DNA from: Chlorobiota bacterium
GTDB lineage: Bacteria; Bacteroidota; Bacteroidia; Bacteroidales; JAADGE01
NCBI GenBank assembly: GCA_013152535.1
Contig: JAADGE010000055.1
Coordinates: 466 to 64,465 of the forward strand
DNA: 64,000 nucleotides
Reading direction: 5' to 3'
The notes beneath the pieces are model-generated. The model had not been told where the DNA came from and made no database searches. It saw only the letters and a program-made list of their open reading frames with translations. Shown here piece by piece: positions 49,869 to 57,828 of the stretch (the first letter of the stretch is position 1; every line of letters begins with the position of its first letter). A program made the translations under genes and the position numbers.

Positions 49869-51320
49869 ATGAAACATACATATAAAATAGACGGCATGAC
49901 ATGCGTCGGGTGTGAAACGGACGTTAAGAATGCTTTAAGTAACCTGAATGAAATAAACAAAGTTAAGGTTGACTTAAAAAAATCGGAAGTCGAAATTGAA
50001 ATGTCGCAACACATTTCGCTTGAGAAGTTGCAGGAAACTCTAATGAAAGCCGGTTTGCACTATACAATTCATTTGCCCGGCGATGAGCCCGTTCATAAAC
50101 ACGTTCATAAACAGCATATAAAACAAGTTGATTTTAACGGAAACGGTATTTTTTATTGCCCCATGCGATGCGAAGGCGATAAAACTTATGATAAATCCGG
50201 AGCTTGCCCCGTTTGCGGAATGGATTTAATCGAGCAAAAGCAGGTAAGTACAAAAGCAGAATATACCTGTCCTATGCACCCGGAAATTATTAAAGATGCT
50301 CCCGGTGCCTGCCCGAAATGCGGAATGGATTTAATTCCGAGAGAACCGGAAGAAAGTGAAGAAGATAAAACGTATTTAGGACTGTTAAAGAAAATGAAAA
50401 TTGCGGTAATTTTTACCCTCCCGATTTTTCTTATTGCAATGGCTGATATTTTGCAAAAAAATCCGTTGTTAGATTTGATGAACCAACAAAATTGGAATAT
50501 CGTACAGTTGATATTATCTCTGCCGGTTGTGTTTTATGCAACAAGAATGTTCTTCGAACGTGCTTGGAGGTCAATTGTTACTTGGAATTTGAATATGTTT
50601 ACACTTATAGGAATAGGTGCCGGTGTAGCTTTTATTTTCAGTATTTTTGCATTATTCTTTCCTGATATTTTCCCGGATCAGTTTAAAACTGACAGTGGAA
50701 CGGTATATGTTTATTTTGAGGCAGTTACAGTAATCCTCACACTTGTTCTTCTCGGTCAGTTATTAGAAGCCAAGGCACACAGCAGAACAAGCGGTGCCAT
50801 AAAAGAACTGATGAAGTTGGCACCTACGCAGGCAACGGTAATAGTTGACGGAGAAGAAAAAGTTATTTCAATACACGACATAAAACAAGGAGATTTAATA
50901 CGTGTAAAACCCGGAGAAAAAATTCCCGTTGACGGAAAAATTACCGAAGGCAGCACTCATATTGACGAAAGTATGATTACCGGAGAACCTGTTCCCGCAG
51001 ACAAAACAATAGGCGACAAAGTCAGTTCCGGAACCATTAACGGCAATAAATCATTTGTAATGATTGCTGAAAAAGTCGGGTCGGATACGTTGCTTTCGCA
51101 AATTATAAAAATGGTTAACGAAGCAAGTCGCTCGCGTGCTCCTATCCAAAAACTCGCCGATAAAATATCAAAATATTTTGTGCCGATTGTAGTCCTTATT
51201 GCCGCATCAACTTTTGCCGTATGGGCAATTTTCGGTCCCGAACCGGCTTATGTTTATGCTTTTGTAAACGCAGTTGCCGTTTTAATCATTGCTTTGCTTG
51301 CCCGTGTGCATTGGGATTAG
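49869..51320 (+). CDS. copA: copper-translocating P1B-type ATPase, N-terminal fragment (frameshifted)
   Basis: HMA domain (GMTCVGC), two Cys-rich CPxCGMDL metal-binding modules, TM helices and the TGE actuator motif (ITGEPVP). The frame is lost at 51290-51299, immediately before the expected CPC motif. Confidence 0.9.
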   Translation: MKHTYKIDGMTCVGCETDVKNALSNLNEINKVKVDLKKSEVEIEMSQHISLEKLQETLMKAGLHYTIHLPGDEPVHKHVHKQHIKQVDFNGNGIFYCPMRCEGDKTYDKSGACPVCGMDLIEQKQVSTKAEYTCPMHPEIIKDAPGACPKCGMDLIPREPEESEEDKTYLGLLKKMKIAVIFTLPIFLIAMADILQKNPLLDLMNQQNWNIVQLILSLPVVFYATRMFFERAWRSIVTWNLNMFTLIGIGAGVAFIFSIFALFFPDIFPDQFKTDSGTVYVYFEAVTVILTLVLLGQLLEAKAHSRTSGAIKELMKLAPTQATVIVDGEEKVISIHDIKQGDLIRVKPGEKIPVDGKITEGSTHIDESMITGEPVPADKTIGDKVSSGTINGNKSFVMIAEKVGSDTLLSQIIKMVNEASRSRAPIQKLADKISKYFVPIVVLIAASTFAVWAIFGPEPAYVYAFVNAVAVLIIALLARVHWD

Positions 51321-52372
51321 CAACACCTATGGCTGTGATGGTCGGTGTCGGAAAAGGTGCACAATCCGGAATTTTAATAAAAAATGCCGAAGCTATTGAA
51401 AAAATGAATAAAATTAATGTGCTTATTACCGATAAAACAGGGACACTTACCGAAGGAAAACCTTCGCTTGAAAAACTTATTGCTCTAAATCCCGCTGATG
51501 AAAAAAATTTGCTGATTAAAGCTGCATCTTTGAATACACAAAGCGAGCATCCCTTGGCGGAAGCAGTCGTAAAATATGCAAAAAATGAAAAACTTGATTT
51601 GAAAAATGTTGAGAATTTTGAAGCTGTTGCCGGAAAAGGTGTTACAGGAATCGCAGGTAATGAGAATATTGCTGTAGGAAATTCAAAATTAATGTCGGAA
51701 ATTAAAGCAGAAATCCCTAAAACACTTCAAACACAGGTCGAAACAGAACAAAAGCTCGGAAAAACTGTTTCTTACATTGCCGTAAACAACAAAGTTCTCG
51801 GATTTATTGTCATCAGCGACAAAATTAAAAAAACAAGTCAAAATGCCGTCAAAGAACTTATCGAACAAGGAGTTGAAGTAATCATGCTCACCGGAGATAA
51901 CAAAAATACGGCAAAAGCCGTTGCCGATGAATTAAATATAACAGGCTTTAAAGCAGAATGTTTGCCCGAAGATAAGCTTAATGAAATAAAACGTTTACAA
52001 AATGAAGGTAAAATTGTTGCAATGGCAGGCGACGGTATTAATGACGCTCCTGCATTGGCACAGTCCGACATCGGAATTGCCATGGGAACCGGAACTGACG
52101 TTGCCATTGAAAGCGGAGAAATAACACTTATGAAAGGCGATTTAAACGGTATTGTAAAAGCAAAAAAATTAAGTCATGCAATTATGAAAAATATCAAACA
52201 AAATTTATTCTTTGCTTTTGTTTATAACGTTCTTGGTGTTCCTGTTGCAGCCGGCGTATTATTTCCGGTATTCGGTTTGCTGCTCTCACCGATGATTGCA
52301 GCAGCAGCTATGAGTTTCAGTTCGGTTTCCGTAATCTCAAATTCATTACGATTGAGAAATTTAAAACTTTAA
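51221..52372 (+). CDS. copA: copper-translocating P1B-type ATPase, C-terminal fragment (the real coding part of this frame starts at about 51300)
   Basis: CPCALGLATP, DKTGTLT, MLTGDN and GDGINDAPAL motifs, in a frame shifted by +2 relative to the N-terminal fragment. Confidence 0.9.
   Translation: MGNFRSRTGLCLCFCKRSCRFNHCFACPCALGLATPMAVMVGVGKGAQSGILIKNAEAIEKMNKINVLITDKTGTLTEGKPSLEKLIALNPADEKNLLIKAASLNTQSEHPLAEAVVKYAKNEKLDLKNVENFEAVAGKGVTGIAGNENIAVGNSKLMSEIKAEIPKTLQTQVETEQKLGKTVSYIAVNNKVLGFIVISDKIKKTSQNAVKELIEQGVEVIMLTGDNKNTAKAVADELNITGFKAECLPEDKLNEIKRLQNEGKIVAMAGDGINDAPALAQSDIGIAMGTGTDVAIESGEITLMKGDLNGIVKAKKLSHAIMKNIKQNLFFAFVYNVLGVPVAAGVLFPVFGLLLSPMIAAAAMSFSSVSVISNSLRLRNLKL
51290..51299. repeat. 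perfect 5-bp tandem duplication (tgctt x2) inside copA
   Basis: Read directly: positions 51290-51294 are identical to 51295-51299. Confidence 0.95.
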
Positions 52373-52471
52373 AAAATAAATAAAGAAATGAGCCCTATTA
52401 TGTCTGACTAAATTTCATTTAAAAATGAAAATACAAATTAAAAATATTATGAAACATTTAAATTTAATATT

Positions 52472-52714
52472 ATGTGGATAAATCATTCTTGGATGGGCGG
52501 AATGTGGATTTTCCCCGTCATCATGGCAGTTATTGTGATACTTATTCTTGTTTTCTTCTCAAACGGAAGATATCGTTTCCCGTGGTTTTCCGGAAATCAG
52601 GATTTTTATCAAGACAATAAAAAAGACAGTCCGTCGGATATTCTTAAAAAAAGATATGTAAACGGCGAAATTAATAAAGAAGAATTTGACAGAATAAAAC
52701 ACGACATTGTCTGA
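52472..52714 (+). CDS. small membrane protein with C-terminal SHOCT domain
   Basis: One TM segment plus ILKKRYVNGEINKEEFDRIKHDI. Confidence 0.7.
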   Translation: MWINHSWMGGMWIFPVIMAVIVILILVFFSNGRYRFPWFSGNQDFYQDNKKDSPSDILKKRYVNGEINKEEFDRIKHDIV

Positions 52715-52856
52715 AAAAAATAAAATTGTAAACTTATCCCGTACAGAAAAAAGTAACGACTTTTACTGTGCGGGGTTTTAACTTAAAAAGTTAGATAACG
52801 GCAAAATTATACACAATTCAGTAAAAATTATATGAAAAATAGTTAGCTTTACTCTT

Positions 52857-52864
52857 TACTTTTG
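52857..52864 (+). promoter_or_regulatory. -7 promoter box (TACTTTTG)
   Basis: Lies 25 nt before the ATG at 52889. Confidence 0.45.
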
Positions 52865-52888
52865 TCTTTAATAAAATCTATCCCGTAA

Positions 52889-53263
52889 ATGTTTAAAAAA
52901 ACAGTTTATTATATAATGATTTTTCTGCTGCTGTTGTCTGTAATAGGCATAACAGTTAATAAACATTATTCGGGGACTAAATTATTTTCTGTTTCTGTTT
53001 TTACGGAAGCCGAAAGTTGTTGCACCGGACATTGTAATTGTTGCAACAATACTTCTGAAACGTACAAACTGACGGACAGTTTCTTTAAAACAGATTTTGA
53101 ATCAAATACAAAGCCGGTAATTTTTAATTCTTTCGGCTATATTTTAAGTACAAATAATAAAATTCCATGTTTGTCCGAAAGTTGTGTTTTTTCGAACACA
53201 TATAAAAATACTGAATATATTGTAAATTCTTCACCTGCATATTTGCAGAACTTCAGATTGTAA
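52889..53263 (+). CDS. small Cys-rich membrane protein, paralog 1 (resembles the HYC_CC_PP-type proteins found next to Bacteroidota metal-efflux genes)
   Basis: N-terminal TM, then VNKHYSGTKLFSVSVFTEAESCCTGHCNCCNN. Paralogous to 56776-57231. Confidence 0.55.
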   Translation: MFKKTVYYIMIFLLLLSVIGITVNKHYSGTKLFSVSVFTEAESCCTGHCNCCNNTSETYKLTDSFFKTDFESNTKPVIFNSFGYILSTNNKIPCLSESCVFSNTYKNTEYIVNSSPAYLQNFRL

Positions 53264-53375
53264 AAAAACTACCGGGGATGTGCAGATATTTATTCCGTTT
53301 TTATGAATAAAATTCTCGGACATTCTTTCAAACCGTAACTGTTAATACCGCTAAGCTATTATTAAAAGTACATTT

Positions 53376-53383
53376 TATATTTG
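53376..53383 (+). promoter_or_regulatory. -7 promoter box (TATATTTG, within the shared 14-mer TTATATTTGTAATA)
   Basis: The same 14-mer recurs at 56166-56179 upstream of the HMA gene. Confidence 0.45.
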
Positions 53384-53465
53384 TAATAGTTCGGTATTAA
53401 AAAGCTAATATTTTCTGTTTTTCCGATTAGCGGAAAAATAAATACATAAATTATATCATAATAAA

Positions 53466-53984
53466 ATGAAAACTTTAAAGATTTTAACAATATCAATTGT
53501 TGTAATATTGGTTACACTTAATGTAGCCTGTAACAAAAAGAATAATATTAAAGATCTCAGTTCTGAAATATTAGGTACCTACACCGGTACACTTAACAGT
53601 AATAATCAAAAAAGTATTACCGATGCCGTTGCTGATGTTACCGAAAGCGGTGATAATCAAATAGAAATTCATTGCTATGGTAATGAGATTGATACAACAT
53701 TTGTGCAACGTTTGTTTGATGACGGAGACACAATTCAAATGTGTTCAACAGGAGACGACTTTTATAACGAATACGGGCATCAAATGACAAATCAAAGTGA
53801 GCACCACGATATGATGACAGATACAAACGGATTATCTTGGATGCATCACATGGATGAAGAACATAATGAGAATGATAAACATTTCGGTTTCTTTAAACCT
53901 TCTGAGGGAACATTCAGCTATACATTTAATTTAATGTCCGGCGGAGTTTCATATACGGCGGTTTTTAACGGAACTAAAAAATAA
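53466..53984 (+). CDS. probable lipoprotein with a His/Met/Asp-rich segment (candidate periplasmic metal binder)
   Basis: Signal sequence ending LNVAC. Contains HQMTNQSEHHDMMTDTNGLSWMHHMDEEHNENDKH. Confidence 0.55.
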   Translation: MKTLKILTISIVVILVTLNVACNKKNNIKDLSSEILGTYTGTLNSNNQKSITDAVADVTESGDNQIEIHCYGNEIDTTFVQRLFDDGDTIQMCSTGDDFYNEYGHQMTNQSEHHDMMTDTNGLSWMHHMDEEHNENDKHFGFFKPSEGTFSYTFNLMSGGVSYTAVFNGTKK

Positions 53985-54082
53985 AATATTTATGAAATTA
54001 AGATGATGCCCGAGCAGATTTATTTAAGTAATTTTTCAGGCATCTTTTTATAAAAAAATTTAATAATTTAAAATATATAAAA

Positions 54083-54505
54083 ATGAAAAAGTCAGCTTAT
54101 TTATTTATGTTAATAGTGTTTGTTGTTGCCGGAACAGCAATGATTTCACCAAAAAAAATGTTAAATCTGAGAACAAACCAAGCAGGTTGGGTTGCTCCTA
54201 AAAGTGCAGATAATTTAGAAAATCCGTATAAAGGAAACCTTGAGGCAATAAAAGCAGGAAAAAAATTATATAAACAAAATTGTGCAATTTGTCACGGCAA
54301 CAAGGGAGTTGGTGATGGTATTGCAGGTATGAGTCTGAAACCTAAACCTACAAACCTCACAACAGCTACATTTAATAATCAAACCGACGGTGCAATATTT
54401 TGGAAATTGACAGAAGGGAAATCGCCTATGCCTTCATATAAAACAACCTTTTCCGAGAAACAACGATGGCAAGTAGTTAATTATTTAAAATCAATTAAAA
54501 AATGA
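54083..54505 (+). CDS. class I c-type cytochrome (monohaem)
   Basis: Signal/anchor sequence, a CAICH haem motif and a distal MPSY Met ligand context. Confidence 0.8.
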   Translation: MKKSAYLFMLIVFVVAGTAMISPKKMLNLRTNQAGWVAPKSADNLENPYKGNLEAIKAGKKLYKQNCAICHGNKGVGDGIAGMSLKPKPTNLTTATFNNQTDGAIFWKLTEGKSPMPSYKTTFSEKQRWQVVNYLKSIKK

Positions 54506-55713
54506 TTAAAATGAAAATTATATCAATTTTATCTATTATATTATTGTTCTTTTCTGTCAATATTTATTCTCAAAACTATGATAATCAGAAGTTTGAAAAA
54601 ATGAATAATGATATTGACAGCCTGAAAGAATTAATTAAACCCGGAAAAAGTAAATTTCTTTTAAGAGGATATTCTCATTCGGGAATTGTAATTACTGACG
54701 AAAATTCATCTTTTGTCGGCGGTTCTTTTAATCCCATTTTTATTTACAAACAATCCGACAGGTTAATGTTTGAAAGTGAACTGGAATTTGAACTTGAAGA
54801 CAGGAATCTGAATATAGGTCTTGAATATGCAAATATTTCATATCTGCTTACCAAGTCGTTAACTGTACGTTTCGGAAAAATCCTTTTGCCTTTTGGTATT
54901 TTTGTTGACCGAATGCATCCGGCATGGGTTGACAAGTTTTCGTCAAAACCTTTAGGTGTAGGTCACGGCGGGATTTTACCCGGTTCTGATATCGGTATAG
55001 AATTAAGAGGTGCATCTTATTTAGGATCTTCTAAAATAAACTATTCATTTTATGTAATGAACGGTCCGCGTTTAAATGAAGGCGATGAAGAACCGGATGA
55101 AGCCGGACAATTACATTATGACAATTTCCCGGATAATAACAAAAATAAGGCAATTGGCGGAAGATTGGGTTTTTTACCCCTGTCAAATTCATCATTGGAA
55201 ATCGGATTTTCGGGAATGTACGGAAAAGTCGGGTCCGGCAACTCTCAATATGCTGATGTTGCATCAAAATTATATGCAATTGATATCTCTTATATTCAAA
55301 ATTTACCGTTTATGCAAAGTGTTTTAGATGTTAAGGCTCAATACAGCGGAGTAATTACCGATAATGCAAATTACCGAAATTATGACAATCTTGTAAATCC
55401 TGATGCCGTGTACACCTTTACAAATCAAAATTCAACCACTTTTGCTCAAATTGCCCTTAGACCGGCAATGGTAAATAATAAAATATTGCGAAATTTTGAA
55501 ATAGCAGGCAGATATTCTGATTTGATTACTCCCGAAGGGTCTAAATGGGCCTCAAATCTTAACCAATGGGAATTTAGTTTGAACTATTGGCTGAATTGGC
55601 GAACGGTTTTTAAACTTTCCTATCGAACAACGGAAGGAGAAACAGAACATACTGAGGGTGCTGAAAGTCCTTTGGGTAAAGCATTTTTCTTTCACTGGGC
55701 AATCGGGTTTTAA
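54502..55713 (+). CDS. outer-membrane beta-barrel porin-like protein
   Basis: Signal peptide, alternating strands, and a C-terminal ...FFFHWAIGF. Its start overlaps the cytochrome c stop (ATGA). Confidence 0.65.
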   Translation: MIKMKIISILSIILLFFSVNIYSQNYDNQKFEKMNNDIDSLKELIKPGKSKFLLRGYSHSGIVITDENSSFVGGSFNPIFIYKQSDRLMFESELEFELEDRNLNIGLEYANISYLLTKSLTVRFGKILLPFGIFVDRMHPAWVDKFSSKPLGVGHGGILPGSDIGIELRGASYLGSSKINYSFYVMNGPRLNEGDEEPDEAGQLHYDNFPDNNKNKAIGGRLGFLPLSNSSLEIGFSGMYGKVGSGNSQYADVASKLYAIDISYIQNLPFMQSVLDVKAQYSGVITDNANYRNYDNLVNPDAVYTFTNQNSTTFAQIALRPAMVNNKILRNFEIAGRYSDLITPEGSKWASNLNQWEFSLNYWLNWRTVFKLSYRTTEGETEHTEGAESPLGKAFFFHWAIGF

Positions 55714-55739
55714 TATTTAATCACACAAATTATAACAGA

Positions 55740-56021
55740 ATGAAAAATAAAAGAAAATCACTAATATTCAGCAGCTTTGGGGTACTAATCTTAGTTATGT
55801 TAATATCTCTGCTGAGTAATTGCAATGTAAGTAATGAAATAAAAGCTAAAAGCGGAGCCCAATTATGGGGTGAGAATTGCTTGAGATGCCACAACAATCC
55901 GTCGCCGGAAACATTCAGCGATGTGGAGTGGGATGTAGCCGTAATGCATATGCGTATTCGTGCAAACTTAACAGATGAAGAAGCAAAAAAAATAGCAAAA
56001 TTTCTTAAAACAGCAAATTAA
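55740..56021 (+). CDS. small c-type cytochrome-like protein (single CxxCH)
   Basis: TM/signal sequence plus WGENCLRCHNNPSP...WDVAVMHM. Confidence 0.6.
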   Translation: MKNKRKSLIFSSFGVLILVMLISLLSNCNVSNEIKAKSGAQLWGENCLRCHNNPSPETFSDVEWDVAVMHMRIRANLTDEEAKKIAKFLKTAN

Positions 56022-56040
56022 TTGAGATCATTTTATATTT

Positions 56041-56091
56041 TGTAAACAGGATTATTTGCCGGTAAATTTTTTATTCGGCAACCTGTTTACA
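56041..56091 (+). terminator. long composite hairpin after the cytochrome/porin operon
   Basis: Outer stem tgtaaacagg/cctgtttaca enclosing an inner stem ttgccg/cggcaa. There is no clear T-run. Confidence 0.45.
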
Positions 56092-56166
56092 TCAGTTTCA
56101 AAAATATTTGCAGAATAATATAAAAGATATACCGAATTATATAAAAGCAAAAGACAAAAAGGTCTT

Positions 56167-56174
56167 TATATTTG
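56167..56174 (+). promoter_or_regulatory. -7 promoter box (TATATTTG)
   Basis: Lies 31 nt before the ATG at 56205. Confidence 0.5.
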
Positions 56175-56204
56175 TAATATTTATAAACGAAAATTAAAAA
56201 AATA

Positions 56205-56642
56205 ATGAAAAAAATAATCTTCTTAACAGTTGCCCTATTGTTTGCATTCAGTTTTTCAAACATATCGGCTCAAAGTGAAAAATCATGCTGTAATAAATCA
56301 ATGAATATGTCGTCTTGCGATAAAAACATGAAAAATTCATCAAACGACAAAAGCAAAACAAGTATGAATTCTGAAAAAGGCGAAAAAGAAACCGTTTTTA
56401 AAGTTTCCGGAAAATGCGAAATGTGCGAAGCTCGTATAGAAAAAGCTGCTCTCGGAGTGAAAGGCGTTAAAACAGCCGAGTGGGATAAGACTACCAAATT
56501 GTTGAAAGTTTCTTTTGACGGAAATACAAGCAAAAAAGATATCGAAAAAGCAATTGCCGATGTCGGTCACGATACTCCGGATTTTAAAGCAAAAGATGCT
56601 GTGTACAATGCACTGCCCGGATGCTGCAAATACGAACGATAG
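56205..56642 (+). CDS. secreted heavy-metal-associated (HMA) domain protein with Cys/Met-rich N-terminal region
   Basis: Signal peptide; CCNKSMNMSSCDKNMKNSS; HMA core FKVSGKCEMCEARIEKA; C-terminal PGCCKYER. Confidence 0.8.
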   Translation: MKKIIFLTVALLFAFSFSNISAQSEKSCCNKSMNMSSCDKNMKNSSNDKSKTSMNSEKGEKETVFKVSGKCEMCEARIEKAALGVKGVKTAEWDKTTKLLKVSFDGNTSKKDIEKAIADVGHDTPDFKAKDAVYNALPGCCKYER

Positions 56643-56667
56643 ATTTTTATAATACCCTAAAAACATC

Positions 56668-56706
56668 AAAGGGCTTGTTAAATGTTATGTTTTTCGAGCC
56701 CTTTTT
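56668..56706 (+). terminator. rho-independent terminator after the HMA gene
   Basis: Stem aaagggcttg / cgagcccttt with a 17-nt loop, followed by a T-run. Confidence 0.55.
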
Positions 56707-56762
56707 ACAAAATCCTGCACATTTTAATTAAAATTATATAACGAGTATAATAACAGTTGCCG

Positions 56763-56770
56763 TATCTTTG
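56763..56770 (+). promoter_or_regulatory. -7 promoter box (TATCTTTG) only 5 nt from the ATG at 56776 (near-leaderless)
   Basis: Matches TAnnTTTG. Confidence 0.4.
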
Positions 56771-56775
56771 TCCCA

Positions 56776-57231
56776 ATGTTAAAAACAATCGCACATATCA
56801 CTGTTTCAATTTTAATCCTTATCCTTACAATAGGAATAAGTATTAATAAACACTACTCAAACGGGAAATTATTTTCATGGTCCGTTTTGGGCGATGCCGA
56901 AACTTGTGATGCCGGCATAAACGAAGTTTGCGAAATGCAAAATATGCCGAATAATTGCGAGACACACAAAATGCAAGTTACTCCGGAAAATACGAACACT
57001 TCGTGTTCTTGCGAAGACACTTCCGAATATCTGCATTTTGATACCGATTATACGGTTCCCGAAAAAATAAACGCAGATAATGTTTTTCAACAAGAAATAA
57101 CGCTATTTATAAACAGTACTGTTGCTGTTCAAACAAATTTTTTTCGTACTCAAAATCAAACTTTCGGAAGCGGTAAACAAAAACTGAAAATTCCGGATTT
57201 TACTTCCTTATATCAAGTATTCATTTGTTAA
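56776..57231 (+). CDS. small Cys-rich membrane protein, paralog 2
   Basis: INKHYSNGKLFSWSVLGDAETCDAG aligns with VNKHYSGTKLFSVSVFTEAESCCTG of 52889-53263. Confidence 0.55.
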   Translation: MLKTIAHITVSILILILTIGISINKHYSNGKLFSWSVLGDAETCDAGINEVCEMQNMPNNCETHKMQVTPENTNTSCSCEDTSEYLHFDTDYTVPEKINADNVFQQEITLFINSTVAVQTNFFRTQNQTFGSGKQKLKIPDFTSLYQVFIC

Positions 57232-57405
57232 TGTAATTACTTTATTGTAAGTTGTTTTTATTCCCTTTTTTGTACAAGCATCATAAGTTGTACCTCGAAA
57301 ATTACAATTTACACTTCAATTTTTATTTCTTGTTCAATTCAGAAATAAATAAATAAAACATTGTATATTAGCACAATATATTATTCACTTATAAAACTCT
57401 TTATC

Positions 57406-57789
57406 ATGAACTATTACACAAACAAAACTGTCGATACCGACATAGAAAAAGCAACCGAATTAATAAAAGCAGAACTTCAAAAAGAAGGTTTCGGAATAGT
57501 AACACAATTTGACGTAAATAAAGCACTGAAAGAAAAACTGGATTTGGATTTTCGCCCATACAGAATTTTGGGTGCATGCAATCCGCCTTTTGCTCTTAAA
57601 TCAATTAATGCAGAAGATAAAATCGGAACATTATTACCCTGTAATGTTATGTTGCAGGAAGAAAACGGTAAAACCGAAATAGCAATTATCAATCCTGTTG
57701 CAATGATGCAATCGGTTGAAAACGATGAAATGCTCAAAATTGCAGAGGAAATTGCAGAGAAATTGAACAAGGCATTATCAAAAGTCTAA
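57406..57789 (+). CDS. DUF302 domain protein
   Basis: EGFGIVTQFDVNKALKEKLDLDFRPYRILGACNP is a typical DUF302 core. The start is taken at internal ATG 57406 (MNYYTNK). Confidence 0.75.
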   Translation: MNYYTNKTVDTDIEKATELIKAELQKEGFGIVTQFDVNKALKEKLDLDFRPYRILGACNPPFALKSINAEDKIGTLLPCNVMLQEENGKTEIAIINPVAMMQSVENDEMLKIAEEIAEKLNKALSKV

Positions 57790-57828
57790 TGCCTCAACCT
57801 AATATCTAACATCTCAAATATATCTAAC

